Shown: piece by piece, positions 1-5,693 of the stretch | Layout of the letters: each line of letters opens with the position of its first letter | How positions within the stretch are numbered: the stretch's first letter is position 1 | NCBI GenBank assembly: GCA_023136205.1 | Contig: JAGLRQ010000085.1 | Location: forward strand, 1 to 7,033 | Direction of reading: 5' to 3' | Origin: Candidatus Auribacterota bacterium | GTDB taxonomy: Bacteria; Auribacterota; UBA6266 | DNA length: 7,033 nt | Notes under the pieces: model-generated | What the model was told of the DNA's origin: nothing | Seen by the model: the letters and a program-made list of their open reading frames with translations, nothing else | The model's database searches: none | Position numbers and translations under genes: made by a program

Positions 1-939
1 GCTCCATGTACCGGATTGCCTTTTAAAACCGCACAGGGGATAAAAAAGCTGCTTAAAATGCCTTATCTGGGAGAGAGAGAAACAGATCTCTTAATGGACA
101 AGCTGTTATTAAGAGAACATTTGAACGAGATACATTGTTCTCAAATAGACATATATGATCAAAAAGAGCTTGATGAGCATTGTTTTCCTCTTGTTGAAAA
201 ACCGCGGTTTGGGGGAATGGGGGGTAGAGGCATAACATTTTTTTGTTCATTTGAATCTTATAAAAAAAACTGTCCGGTTTCCGGGTGCAAACAGGATTAT
301 GTCCGTGAAAGTTACATTAATGGCAGAGAAATTGCGGCAGATGCGGTATGGGACGGAAAGAATATTGTATTTTTAAACCTTGGATGGACATTGTTTGATG
401 TGAAACTGGGGATTATTGTAGGTTCTACATCTCAGCGAGATCCTTTGCTGGATTCAGTTAAAAATAAAATAAAAGAGAAGCTGAAGCGCTTTTGCTTGTC
501 GATACACCTGCCTCCTGAGTTTTTAAGCGTTGATATTATGTTGGCTCCTGATAATGTGTTGCATATTATAGAAGTTGAATTTGTGCCGTTTGACGATGTT
601 TATTTAGCTGAAGAGTCTTTTCAATATGATCTTGTGGAAAATTATGTGTTAACTCATTTGGGGAATACAATTCAGAAGCAGCCGAAGCGCCTTACAAACA
701 CAGCTTTGGTATGCAGTGTGAAAGATAAGACTAATTCAGAAGAAATAAATAAGGTTAGTTCAAAATCAATAGGCAGATATTTTTCAGTTCCTGAATACGA
801 AGTTCGGACAAACAAAGGGCCAATGTTAATTGCCGGGTATAGTATTGTGTCTCACTCTGATGCCGGACAGCTTATGCAGTCTGTTAAAAATATGTGTCCG
901 GCAATTTCTTTGGAGAGGTTTGAATATGTCGGGTTTTAA
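1..939 (+). CDS. ATP-grasp family carboxylate-amine ligase, 5'-truncated by the window edge (about 312 codons present)
   Basis: Frame 1 is open from nt 1, so the TTG at 16 in the track is only the first alternative start codon. Stop is TAA 937-939. The translation shows ATP-grasp hallmarks: a DKLLLREHL lead-in, LVEKPRFGGMGGRGITF (Lys plus Gly-rich loop), YVRESYINGREIAADAV, and the IIEVEFVP metal-ligand strand. The expected pre-ATP-grasp Rossmann-like N-domain (about 100 aa) is missing, which fits truncation. Confidence 0.8.
   Translation, partial: APCTGLPFKTAQGIKKLLKMPYLGERETDLLMDKLLLREHLNEIHCSQIDIYDQKELDEHCFPLVEKPRFGGMGGRGITFFCSFESYKKNCPVSGCKQDYVRESYINGREIAADAVWDGKNIVFLNLGWTLFDVKLGIIVGSTSQRDPLLDSVKNKIKEKLKRFCLSIHLPPEFLSVDIMLAPDNVLHIIEVEFVPFDDVYLAEESFQYDLVENYVLTHLGNTIQKQPKRLTNTALVCSVKDKTNSEEINKVSSKSIGRYFSVPEYEVRTNKGPMLIAGYSIVSHSDAGQLMQSVKNMCPAISLERFEYVGF
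912..918 (+). promoter_or_regulatory. Shine-Dalgarno (GGAGAGG) for the second ATP-grasp gene
   Basis: GGAGAGG lies 7 nt upstream of ATG 926, inside the 3' end of the upstream CDS. Confidence 0.6.
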
Positions 940-2047
940 GAAATACATTTTGTTTGTAGGGATGGGTGACTGGTGTCTTCCTCAATTAGAAATAGCGAAA
1001 CAAAAGGGATATAAAACTATAGTAACTAATAGAGATAAGAATGCCGTGGCCTTAGAAAAGGCTGATGTTCCAATTGTGGCAGATGGATGTGATGCTTCTG
1101 CCATTTTATCTTTTCTGTGTCAAAAACAAATTGAAAATGAAATTACATATATCTATACGGGAACAGAATTGTTTTTTCCTGTTGCCTTAATAGCCCAAAG
1201 CCTGAATATTCCCTGGCACTCTCCGCTTTCAGCCTATATTTGCGAGAATAAGAGCCTGATGCGAGAAAAATTCAAACAGCATAATGTTTTACATCCTTCC
1301 GGCTGCAGTGCAAAATCGAGTACGGAACTTATTTCGAAGGTGCAATATAAAAAAGGCAAAAAGTATGTAATCAAACCATCTAATAGCTTGAGCTCTCAGG
1401 GTATTACGATTGTAAGTTCTGAAAGGGAACTTAAAGACGCTTTTAATCGTGCCGTTCAGTATGCCACAAGCAAAACTGTGGTTTGTGAAGAATATGTTGA
1501 AGGGTTGTTACATGACACGAACGGTATTTTAACGGAAGGCAGGTTGATCCGTTTGGGTATTAATGATAAAAAAGCTGGGCCGTTGCCGCATACGGTTGTA
1601 ATAGAAGGAAGCTGCCCTACAATACTGTCAAAAAGTTTACAGGAAGAAATTTATTCTATTTTTGAGAAAGCCTGCCGCGCGGTTGGGCTAACTCACGGCC
1701 CTGTCAAAGGCGATTTTATTGTAGACGGAGAGAATAATGTGTTTGTGCTGGAGGTTGCCCCACGATTACATGGCCCATTGGGATCTTTGTATCTTATCCC
1801 GAACGCGCTTGAAATTAATCCTTTTGAGGGTCTTTTGAATTGGTTTGATAAAGGTGAAGGTAATGTTAAAGAGCATTATTCCTCCCATCATGTTTCGGAA
1901 ACAGTTTTCGCGACAGCATGTGATCTAATAGAAAATTTCAAAAAAAAAGGCATGGTCTTAAACATATTAGAGAAACCCGGAATAAGTGACCGGAAACTTT
2001 GGAAGTCTAATTATGATGTGCCGATTTATGTTATATGGAAACAATAA
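926..2047 (+). CDS. ATP-grasp domain protein (L-amino-acid-ligase / PurK-like fold), 373 aa
   Basis: ATG 926 is in frame with the track ORF 830..2047 and is preceded by an SD. It overlaps the upstream stop by 14 nt. The N-terminus KKYILFVGMGDWCLPQLEIAKQKGYKTIV is a typical pre-ATP-grasp domain. Other motifs: NKSLMREKF, KYVIKPSNSLSSQGITIV (Lys plus loop), VVCEEYVEG, VFVLEVAPRLHGP (E-x-A-P-R-x-H as in PurK/PurT-type ATP-grasp enzymes). Stop is TAA 2045-2047. Confidence 0.85.
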   Translation: MSGFKKYILFVGMGDWCLPQLEIAKQKGYKTIVTNRDKNAVALEKADVPIVADGCDASAILSFLCQKQIENEITYIYTGTELFFPVALIAQSLNIPWHSPLSAYICENKSLMREKFKQHNVLHPSGCSAKSSTELISKVQYKKGKKYVIKPSNSLSSQGITIVSSERELKDAFNRAVQYATSKTVVCEEYVEGLLHDTNGILTEGRLIRLGINDKKAGPLPHTVVIEGSCPTILSKSLQEEIYSIFEKACRAVGLTHGPVKGDFIVDGENNVFVLEVAPRLHGPLGSLYLIPNALEINPFEGLLNWFDKGEGNVKEHYSSHHVSETVFATACDLIENFKKKGMVLNILEKPGISDRKLWKSNYDVPIYVIWKQ

Positions 2048-3573
2048 GCCTTAAAAAACAAATGAGAGTTACGCTTATTCAGCCGCCGTTAATTGATGTT
2101 GCGGGGAAAAAGATAGCTTACGGTATTGAAGCGGAAGTGCCTTTGGGTATTGCTTCCCTGGCGGCAGTTGGGGAGAAGGAGGGGTATCAATGTGAAGTTA
2201 TTGATAGTATTGTCGCGGGTTACGGAAATATCTATCAATACGGAAAGTATCAGGTTTTTGGTTTGAGGTTTGGAGAAATTGCCCGGCGGGTGTTGGAATT
2301 CAACAGTAATGTAGTGGCAATTTCGTGTATATTTTTTAACCAGTTGGAAAGCGCTTTAAAGACTGCTGAAGAAATCTGGCAAGCTAATCCTGATATTAAA
2401 GTTATTATTGGAGGAATTGCTCCTAAGCCGTATTATGAAGAGGTTATAATCAAGCCATATGTGGATTTTATAATAAAAGCTGAAGGGGAAACTGCGTTTG
2501 TTCATCTGTTAAACAAATTATATCAAAAAGAGGGAGATTTTCACCAGGTAGACGGTTTAATCTATAAAGAAAACGGCCAAATAAAATCGAACCCTAAAGA
2601 GTATTATATAGAGAATTTAGATGAACTTCCCCTGCCCGCGTATCACCTGTTTGATATTGAAAAATATTTTAAAATTGGTGTTCCTTTCGGGTGTAAGAAA
2701 AAAAACAGATTTATGAACTTTATAACAAGCCGGGGCTGCCCTTTTGACTGCATTTTCTGCGCCGCGAGAGATATATGGTCAAGGAAGGTCAGGATGCACA
2801 GCTCGGAGTATGTTTTACGCGGAATTGATTTCCTGATAAAAAAATATAATATTGAAGAGATACACTTTTCTGATGAAAATTTGACATATGATTATGACAG
2901 GGCAGCAGCTATATTCAACGGCCTTAAGGAAATGGATATAACATGGGGTGCCAACAATGGAATCATGATTTCGAGCCTGGATGACAAATTAATCAGGCTG
3001 ATGAGAGAAAGCGGGTGTTTTTCACTAAGCCTGGCTATAGAATCGGGGTCACAGCGCGTTCTTTCAGAAATTATAAAAAAACCCATGTTATTAAAAAAAT
3101 TGTTTTCTGTGGTAAAGGAGTGTAAGAAATGTAAAATATTGTGCAGGGGATTTTTTGTAATAGGAATGCCCGGCGAAACAAAGAAAGATATCTGGGACAC
3201 GTTTTTATTGTCCCGCTATCTGAACCTGGAACAGAATGAAATTCAGATTGCTTTGCCTTATCCTGGTACTCGCCTGTATGATATTTGCAGGGAGAAAAAT
3301 TATTTTTCAAAGGATTTTAATCTGGAATGCCTTAATAATGACGGCGGGCCGATTACTACGGAGGCCTTTACTCCGGACTTTTTATATATGGCAAAAGACA
3401 TTGATAGATTCATGTTTTATTTCAGAAACGGTAAGAAGAGAAAGCTAGGCCTTATAAGGGATTTATTTCGCAAATATAAGCTTAAAATTATTTGTGTTAT
3501 CTATTGTATGCTTAAATTCGAGCTGAAACTATTGTATATAAGAATTGCGCGGGGGGAGAGATATTTTTGTTAA
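2035..3573 (+). CDS. B12-binding-domain (class B) radical SAM enzyme, 512 aa
   Basis: The N-terminal RVTLIQPP...GIASLAA...VVAISC...IIGG...KAEGETAF pattern matches the cobalamin-binding-type domain of class B radical SAM proteins. The canonical SRGCPFDCIFCA CxxxCxxC motif is Cys235/239/242, nt 2737-2760. FVIGMPGET lies downstream. ATG 2035 overlaps the upstream stop by 13 nt. ATG 2062 (MRVTLIQPP) is an alternative start. Neither start has a clear SD. Confidence 0.9.
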   Translation: METISLKKQMRVTLIQPPLIDVAGKKIAYGIEAEVPLGIASLAAVGEKEGYQCEVIDSIVAGYGNIYQYGKYQVFGLRFGEIARRVLEFNSNVVAISCIFFNQLESALKTAEEIWQANPDIKVIIGGIAPKPYYEEVIIKPYVDFIIKAEGETAFVHLLNKLYQKEGDFHQVDGLIYKENGQIKSNPKEYYIENLDELPLPAYHLFDIEKYFKIGVPFGCKKKNRFMNFITSRGCPFDCIFCAARDIWSRKVRMHSSEYVLRGIDFLIKKYNIEEIHFSDENLTYDYDRAAAIFNGLKEMDITWGANNGIMISSLDDKLIRLMRESGCFSLSLAIESGSQRVLSEIIKKPMLLKKLFSVVKECKKCKILCRGFFVIGMPGETKKDIWDTFLLSRYLNLEQNEIQIALPYPGTRLYDICREKNYFSKDFNLECLNNDGGPITTEAFTPDFLYMAKDIDRFMFYFRNGKKRKLGLIRDLFRKYKLKIICVIYCMLKFELKLLYIRIARGERYFC

Positions 3574-3627
3574 TGAATTAAAACCAGTGAATAGTGGAAA
3601 AAATAAAAAGAGAAAAATTTGAACCAG

Positions 3628-3657
3628 CAGATAGACACAGATTAACACAGATAAAAA
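3628..3657. repeat. Three tandem 10-nt units: CAGATAGACA / CAGATTAACA / CAGATAAAAA
   Basis: Read directly from the sequence. There is exact 10-nt phasing of CAGAT at 3628, 3638 and 3648. The phasing continues into two A6-containing decamers, ATAAAAAATA and AGAAAAAATA (3651-3670). Confidence 0.7.
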
Positions 3658-3700
3658 ATAAGAAAAAATAGAATTTCCCGCAAAGACACAAATAAAAAAC

Positions 3701-3750
3701 GGCAAGGAGCGATAGGCAAGCCGGTAGGCAAGGGAGTAAAAAGTAGGAAG
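3701..3750. repeat. Direct repeats of (TA)GGCAAG x3 plus a TAGGAAG variant
   Basis: GGCAAG occurs at 3701-3706, 3715-3720 and 3727-3732. The last two copies are full TAGGCAAG, at 3713-3720 and 3725-3732. TAGGAAG is at 3744-3750. Confidence 0.65.
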
Positions 3751-3753
3751 TTT

Positions 3754-3816
3754 ATACTCAATACTCAATACTCAATACTGATTTTTATATACTATATACG
3801 CAATACTACATACAGC
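3754..3816. repeat. Degenerate heptanucleotide tandem array, 9 registers (ATACTCA x3, ATACTGA, TTTTTAT, ATACTAT, ATACGCA, ATACTAC, ATACAGC)
   Basis: ATAC recurs at 3754, 3761, 3768, 3775, 3789, 3796, 3803 and 3810, which is strict 7-nt phasing with one register lost. The array ends 4 nt before the SD of the transketolase N-subunit gene. Confidence 0.8.
3765..3800 (+). promoter_or_regulatory. Candidate sigma70-like promoter inside the heptamer array (weak)
   Basis: The -10-like hexamers are TATACT (3788-3793) and TATACG (3795-3800). Each has a poor -35-like TCAATA 17 nt upstream (3765-3770 and 3772-3777). Phased A-tracts lie upstream. This is pattern matching only, and no TSS is known. Confidence 0.2.
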
Positions 3817-3820
3817 TTTT

Positions 3821-3825
3821 AGGAG
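3821..3825 (+). promoter_or_regulatory. Shine-Dalgarno (AGGAG) for the transketolase N-subunit gene
   Basis: AGGAG lies 7 nt upstream of ATG 3833. This favours ATG 3833 over the track's TTG 3827. Confidence 0.75.
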
Positions 3826-3832
3826 ATTGTTT

Positions 3833-4645
3833 ATGAATCTTGAACAAACGGCAACGGAAATTAGGAAGTTGTGCCTTGAGAGTATATATTATGCCCGTTC
3901 CGGACATCCCGGCGGTTCTTTGTCGGTGGCTGATATTTTAACGGTTCTTTTTTTCGAGGAAATGAACATTCGCCCAGATGAGCCGGACTGGGTTGATAGA
4001 GACAGATTGGTTTTATCCAAAGGCCATGCCTGCCCTGCCCTTTACGCGGTATTAGCTCTCAAAGGGTATTTTCCTGTATCGGATTTGAAAGGATTAAGGA
4101 AAATAAACCACTATTTAGAAGGGCATCCCGATGTAAAAATTCCCGGTATTGATGCCCCTTCCGGTTCCCTTGGCATGGGGCTTTCTCAGGGGCTTGGTAT
4201 GGCAATTGGAGCGCGCTATACCAAACGAAGCGCCAGGACATATGTGATTTTAGGGGATGGTGATATGCAGGAAGGCAATACTTGGGAAGCTATAATGGCA
4301 GCGGGGCATCATAAAACAGATAATCTTGTTGCTATTTTAGACGCTAACAGATTACAGGGTGAAAATTCTGTAGAGAAACAAATGAATTATTTTCCTGTGA
4401 TTGAAAAGGTGTCTGCTTTTGGCTGGAATACTATTGAAATTTGCGGACATGATTTAAAGCAGATAAAAAATGCGTTGAATGAGGCAAAAAGCAAAAAAGG
4501 GAAACCCGCGTTTATTCTGGCAAATACTACAAAAGGCAAAGGGGTTTCGTTTATGGAGGATAAAAATTACTGGCATGGCAGTGTTACCATGAAGGATGAA
4601 GAACTAAAAAAAGCGCTGGAAGAGTTGGAGTATAAAAATGGATAA
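3833..4645 (+). CDS. Transketolase-like ThDP enzyme, N-terminal (PP-domain) subunit, 270 aa
   Basis: Motifs present: ARSGHPGGSLS, LSKGHACPALYA, LEGHPD, GSLGMGLSQGLGMA, the ThDP motif GDGDMQEGNTWEA...LDAN, and YWHG. Its length and the adjacent C-subunit gene are typical of split transketolases. Stop is TAA 4643-4645. Confidence 0.92.
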   Translation: MNLEQTATEIRKLCLESIYYARSGHPGGSLSVADILTVLFFEEMNIRPDEPDWVDRDRLVLSKGHACPALYAVLALKGYFPVSDLKGLRKINHYLEGHPDVKIPGIDAPSGSLGMGLSQGLGMAIGARYTKRSARTYVILGDGDMQEGNTWEAIMAAGHHKTDNLVAILDANRLQGENSVEKQMNYFPVIEKVSAFGWNTIEICGHDLKQIKNALNEAKSKKGKPAFILANTTKGKGVSFMEDKNYWHGSVTMKDEELKKALEELEYKNG

Positions 4646-5603
4646 ACTGCAATTCTGGAAAGTAGGGGAGAAAGTCTCGCTGAGAGAAGCATTTGGACGC
4701 GTCCTTGTGTCATTAGCAAAAGAGAGAAACGATTTTGTATTATTTGATGCTGACGTGGCAGGCGGTACGGGTGCCAAACCTTTTGTCCGGCAATTTCCAG
4801 AAAGGGTAATACAATTTGGTATAGCAGAACAAAATATGATGGCGGCAGCCGGGGGTTTTTCAGATTTTGGTATTATTCCCGTGGTTTCTACATTTGCCGT
4901 TTTCGGTACGATGCGGGCACATGAACAGTTTCGGACAGCAATAGCTTTTCCCAATCGCAATGTGAAATTATGTTGTTCACATTTGGGTGTGGATACCGGC
5001 CCTGACGGAGCAACCGCGCAGATGCTTGAAGACCTGGCTATAATGCGCTCTATTCCGGATACGGTAGTAGTAGTCCCCGCGGATGCTAATGAACTTATGG
5101 GTGCTTTTTGTTCTATCCTGGAGATAAGGAGCCCTGTTTATATGCGTATTGGCAGGAGTCCGGCACCGGTAATATTTGATAGTAACCATAGGTTTGAAAT
5201 TGGTAAGGCAACGAGAATAAAGGATGGAAAAGATATTACTGTTATTGCGACGGGTGTCATGGTGGCACGTGCTATTGAAGCTTCTGATATTTTAAAGAAG
5301 AAAGGTATATCTGTTCGTGTAGTAAATCTTTCAACTATAAAACCTTTAGATAATAATGAAGTTTTGTCCGCGGCTAAAGAGACAGGGGCAATTGTAACAG
5401 CTGAGGATCATAATGTAATGGGTGGTATGGGAAGCGCTGTTTCAGAGTTTGTCTCGCAAAATCATCCTGTTCAGATGAAAATTATTGGAGTTAATGATCG
5501 TTTTGGAAAATCAGGGGAATCAGATGAGTTAGCACAATATTTTGGGTTGACTGCCGAACATATTTGTAAGGCGGTAGAAGGGCTTTTGAAAAGAAAAATG
5601 TAA
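4638..5603 (+). CDS. Transketolase-like ThDP enzyme, C-terminal (Pyr plus C-domain) subunit, 321 aa
   Basis: ATG 4638 has GGAG 7 nt upstream and overlaps the N-subunit stop by 8 nt (ATGGATAA). Motifs present: SLREAFG, FDADVAGGTGAKPF, QFGIAEQNMMAAAGG, SHLGVDTGPDGATAQMLEDLAIMRSIP, PVYMRIGR, and TGVMVARA...VRVVNLSTIKPLD (C-terminal domain). Confidence 0.92.
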   Translation: MDKLQFWKVGEKVSLREAFGRVLVSLAKERNDFVLFDADVAGGTGAKPFVRQFPERVIQFGIAEQNMMAAAGGFSDFGIIPVVSTFAVFGTMRAHEQFRTAIAFPNRNVKLCCSHLGVDTGPDGATAQMLEDLAIMRSIPDTVVVVPADANELMGAFCSILEIRSPVYMRIGRSPAPVIFDSNHRFEIGKATRIKDGKDITVIATGVMVARAIEASDILKKKGISVRVVNLSTIKPLDNNEVLSAAKETGAIVTAEDHNVMGGMGSAVSEFVSQNHPVQMKIIGVNDRFGKSGESDELAQYFGLTAEHICKAVEGLLKRKM

Positions 5604-5610
5604 GAAAGAG

Positions 5611-5631
5611 ATCCCGAAACAAGTTCGGGAT
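5611..5631 (+). other. Perfect 8-bp stem / 5-nt loop hairpin (ATCCCGAA-ACAAG-TTCGGGAT) just after the transketolase C-subunit stop
   Basis: The inverted repeat was read directly from the sequence. It starts 8 nt after stop TAA 5601-5603. It is followed by TACGTTCG, not a U-tract, so at best it is a weak terminator or an mRNA-stabilising or processing stem. Confidence 0.5.
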
Positions 5632-5645
5632 TACGTTCGACCATG

Positions 5646-5675
5646 CAACTTAGCTTCACTGCGTTCTCTAAGTTG
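5646..5675 (+). other. Second hairpin, 8-bp stem / 14-nt loop (CAACTTAG-N14-CTAAGTTG)
   Basis: The inverted repeat was read directly from the sequence. G-U wobbles could extend the stem by 2 bp (5644/5645 with 5676/5677). It lies 12 nt upstream of the SDR Shine-Dalgarno. Confidence 0.45.
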
Positions 5676-5686
5676 TGGTCTCACGC

Positions 5687-5693
5687 AAGGAGG
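5687..5693 (+). promoter_or_regulatory. Strong Shine-Dalgarno (AAGGAGG) for the SDR gene
   Basis: AAGGAGG lies 6 nt upstream of ATG 5700. Confidence 0.8.

Noticed and set aside
211-230. A G-rich run, GGGGGAATGGGGGGTAGAGG, as a possible G-quadruplex or regulatory element.
   Set aside because: It has only two long G-runs, and it directly encodes the FGGMGGRG glycine-rich loop of the ATP-grasp fold. Coding constraint explains it.
830-925. The N-terminal 32-codon extension of the second ATP-grasp ORF as given in the track (start at 830). The same question arises for the TTG starts at 16 and 3827.
   Set aside because: The 830 extension (MPGIVLCLTLMPDSLCS...) overlaps the conserved C-terminus of gene 1, and ATG 926 has a well-spaced GGAGAGG. 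Nt 16 is merely the first alternative start codon in a frame that is open from nt 1. TTG 3827 sits 1 nt after the SD, whereas ATG 3833 has ideal 7-nt spacing.
1940-1948. Homopolymeric A tracts inside CDSs (A9 at 1940-1948, A8 at 262-269 and 2698-2705) and the G6 tract at 3551-3556, considered as phase-variation slippage sites.
   Set aside because: They encode Lys-Lys-Lys or Gly runs, which are expected in an AT-rich, Lys-rich proteome. The lengths are at or below the usual threshold for efficient slippage. The G6 tract would alter only the last 6 codons. This is worth a check only if read-level length heterogeneity is available.
3236-3448. A 70-aa + strand ORF in an alternative frame inside the radical SAM gene.
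   Set aside because: It is fully nested in a well-supported CDS in another frame. It has no SD and no recognisable motif.
3714-3730. AGGCAA-N6-AGGCA as a possible sigma54 -24/-12 element (TGGCAC-N5-TTGCA).
   Set aside because: The spacing is off by one, the -12 TTGC is replaced by AGGC, and the flanking T of the -24 element is missing. It is more simply explained as a direct repeat of TAGGCAAG.
3711-3740. GATAGGCAAGCCGGTAGGCAAGGGAG resembles the ATAGGGAAnCCGGTG core of cobalamin riboswitches. This is tempting because it sits next to a B12-type radical SAM gene.
   Set aside because: There is no downstream complementary CCGGC strand and no GCCACTG B12 box. The surrounding polypurine sequence cannot form the multi-stem fold. 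A TPP riboswitch, which would also be tempting upstream of a ThDP enzyme, is likewise absent: I found no CTGAGA or ACCTGATCTGGATAATGCCAGCG-like core.
3529-3768. A 79-aa minus-strand ORF across the purine-rich spacer, very hydrophobic (LPFFICVFAGNSIFSYFLSVLICVYLLVQIFLFLFFPLF), which could be read as a small membrane protein.
   Set aside because: It starts at a TTG inside the heptamer repeat, has no SD, and overlaps the 3' end of the radical SAM CDS. Its hydrophobicity is the automatic result of translating a pyrimidine-rich (T-rich) strand. No other minus-strand gene exists in the window.
3574-3832. A search for a RiPP precursor or other small ORF in the big spacer, given the ATP-grasp and radical SAM context.
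   Set aside because: The only ORFs found are ATG-AAT-TAA (3573-3581), an 11-codon GTG ORF (3587-3622, VNSGKNKKRKI) and an 8-codon TTG ORF. None has an SD and none is peptide-like. If a precursor exists, it lies outside the window.
5611-5631. Hairpin 1 as a rho-independent terminator ending the transketolase operon.
   Set aside because: The stem is short (8 bp, 4 of them G:C pairs) and is followed by TACGTTCG rather than a U-tract. I kept it as a generic stem-loop feature only.
53-5659. The other minus-strand ORFs in the track (53..250, 2892..3200, 3071..3310, 4059..4241, 4604..4960, 4977..5189, 5471..5659).
   Set aside because: Each lies entirely antisense to a + strand CDS that has strong family motifs. 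They are short, show no recognisable motifs, and have low-complexity or odd composition. They look like shadow ORFs.
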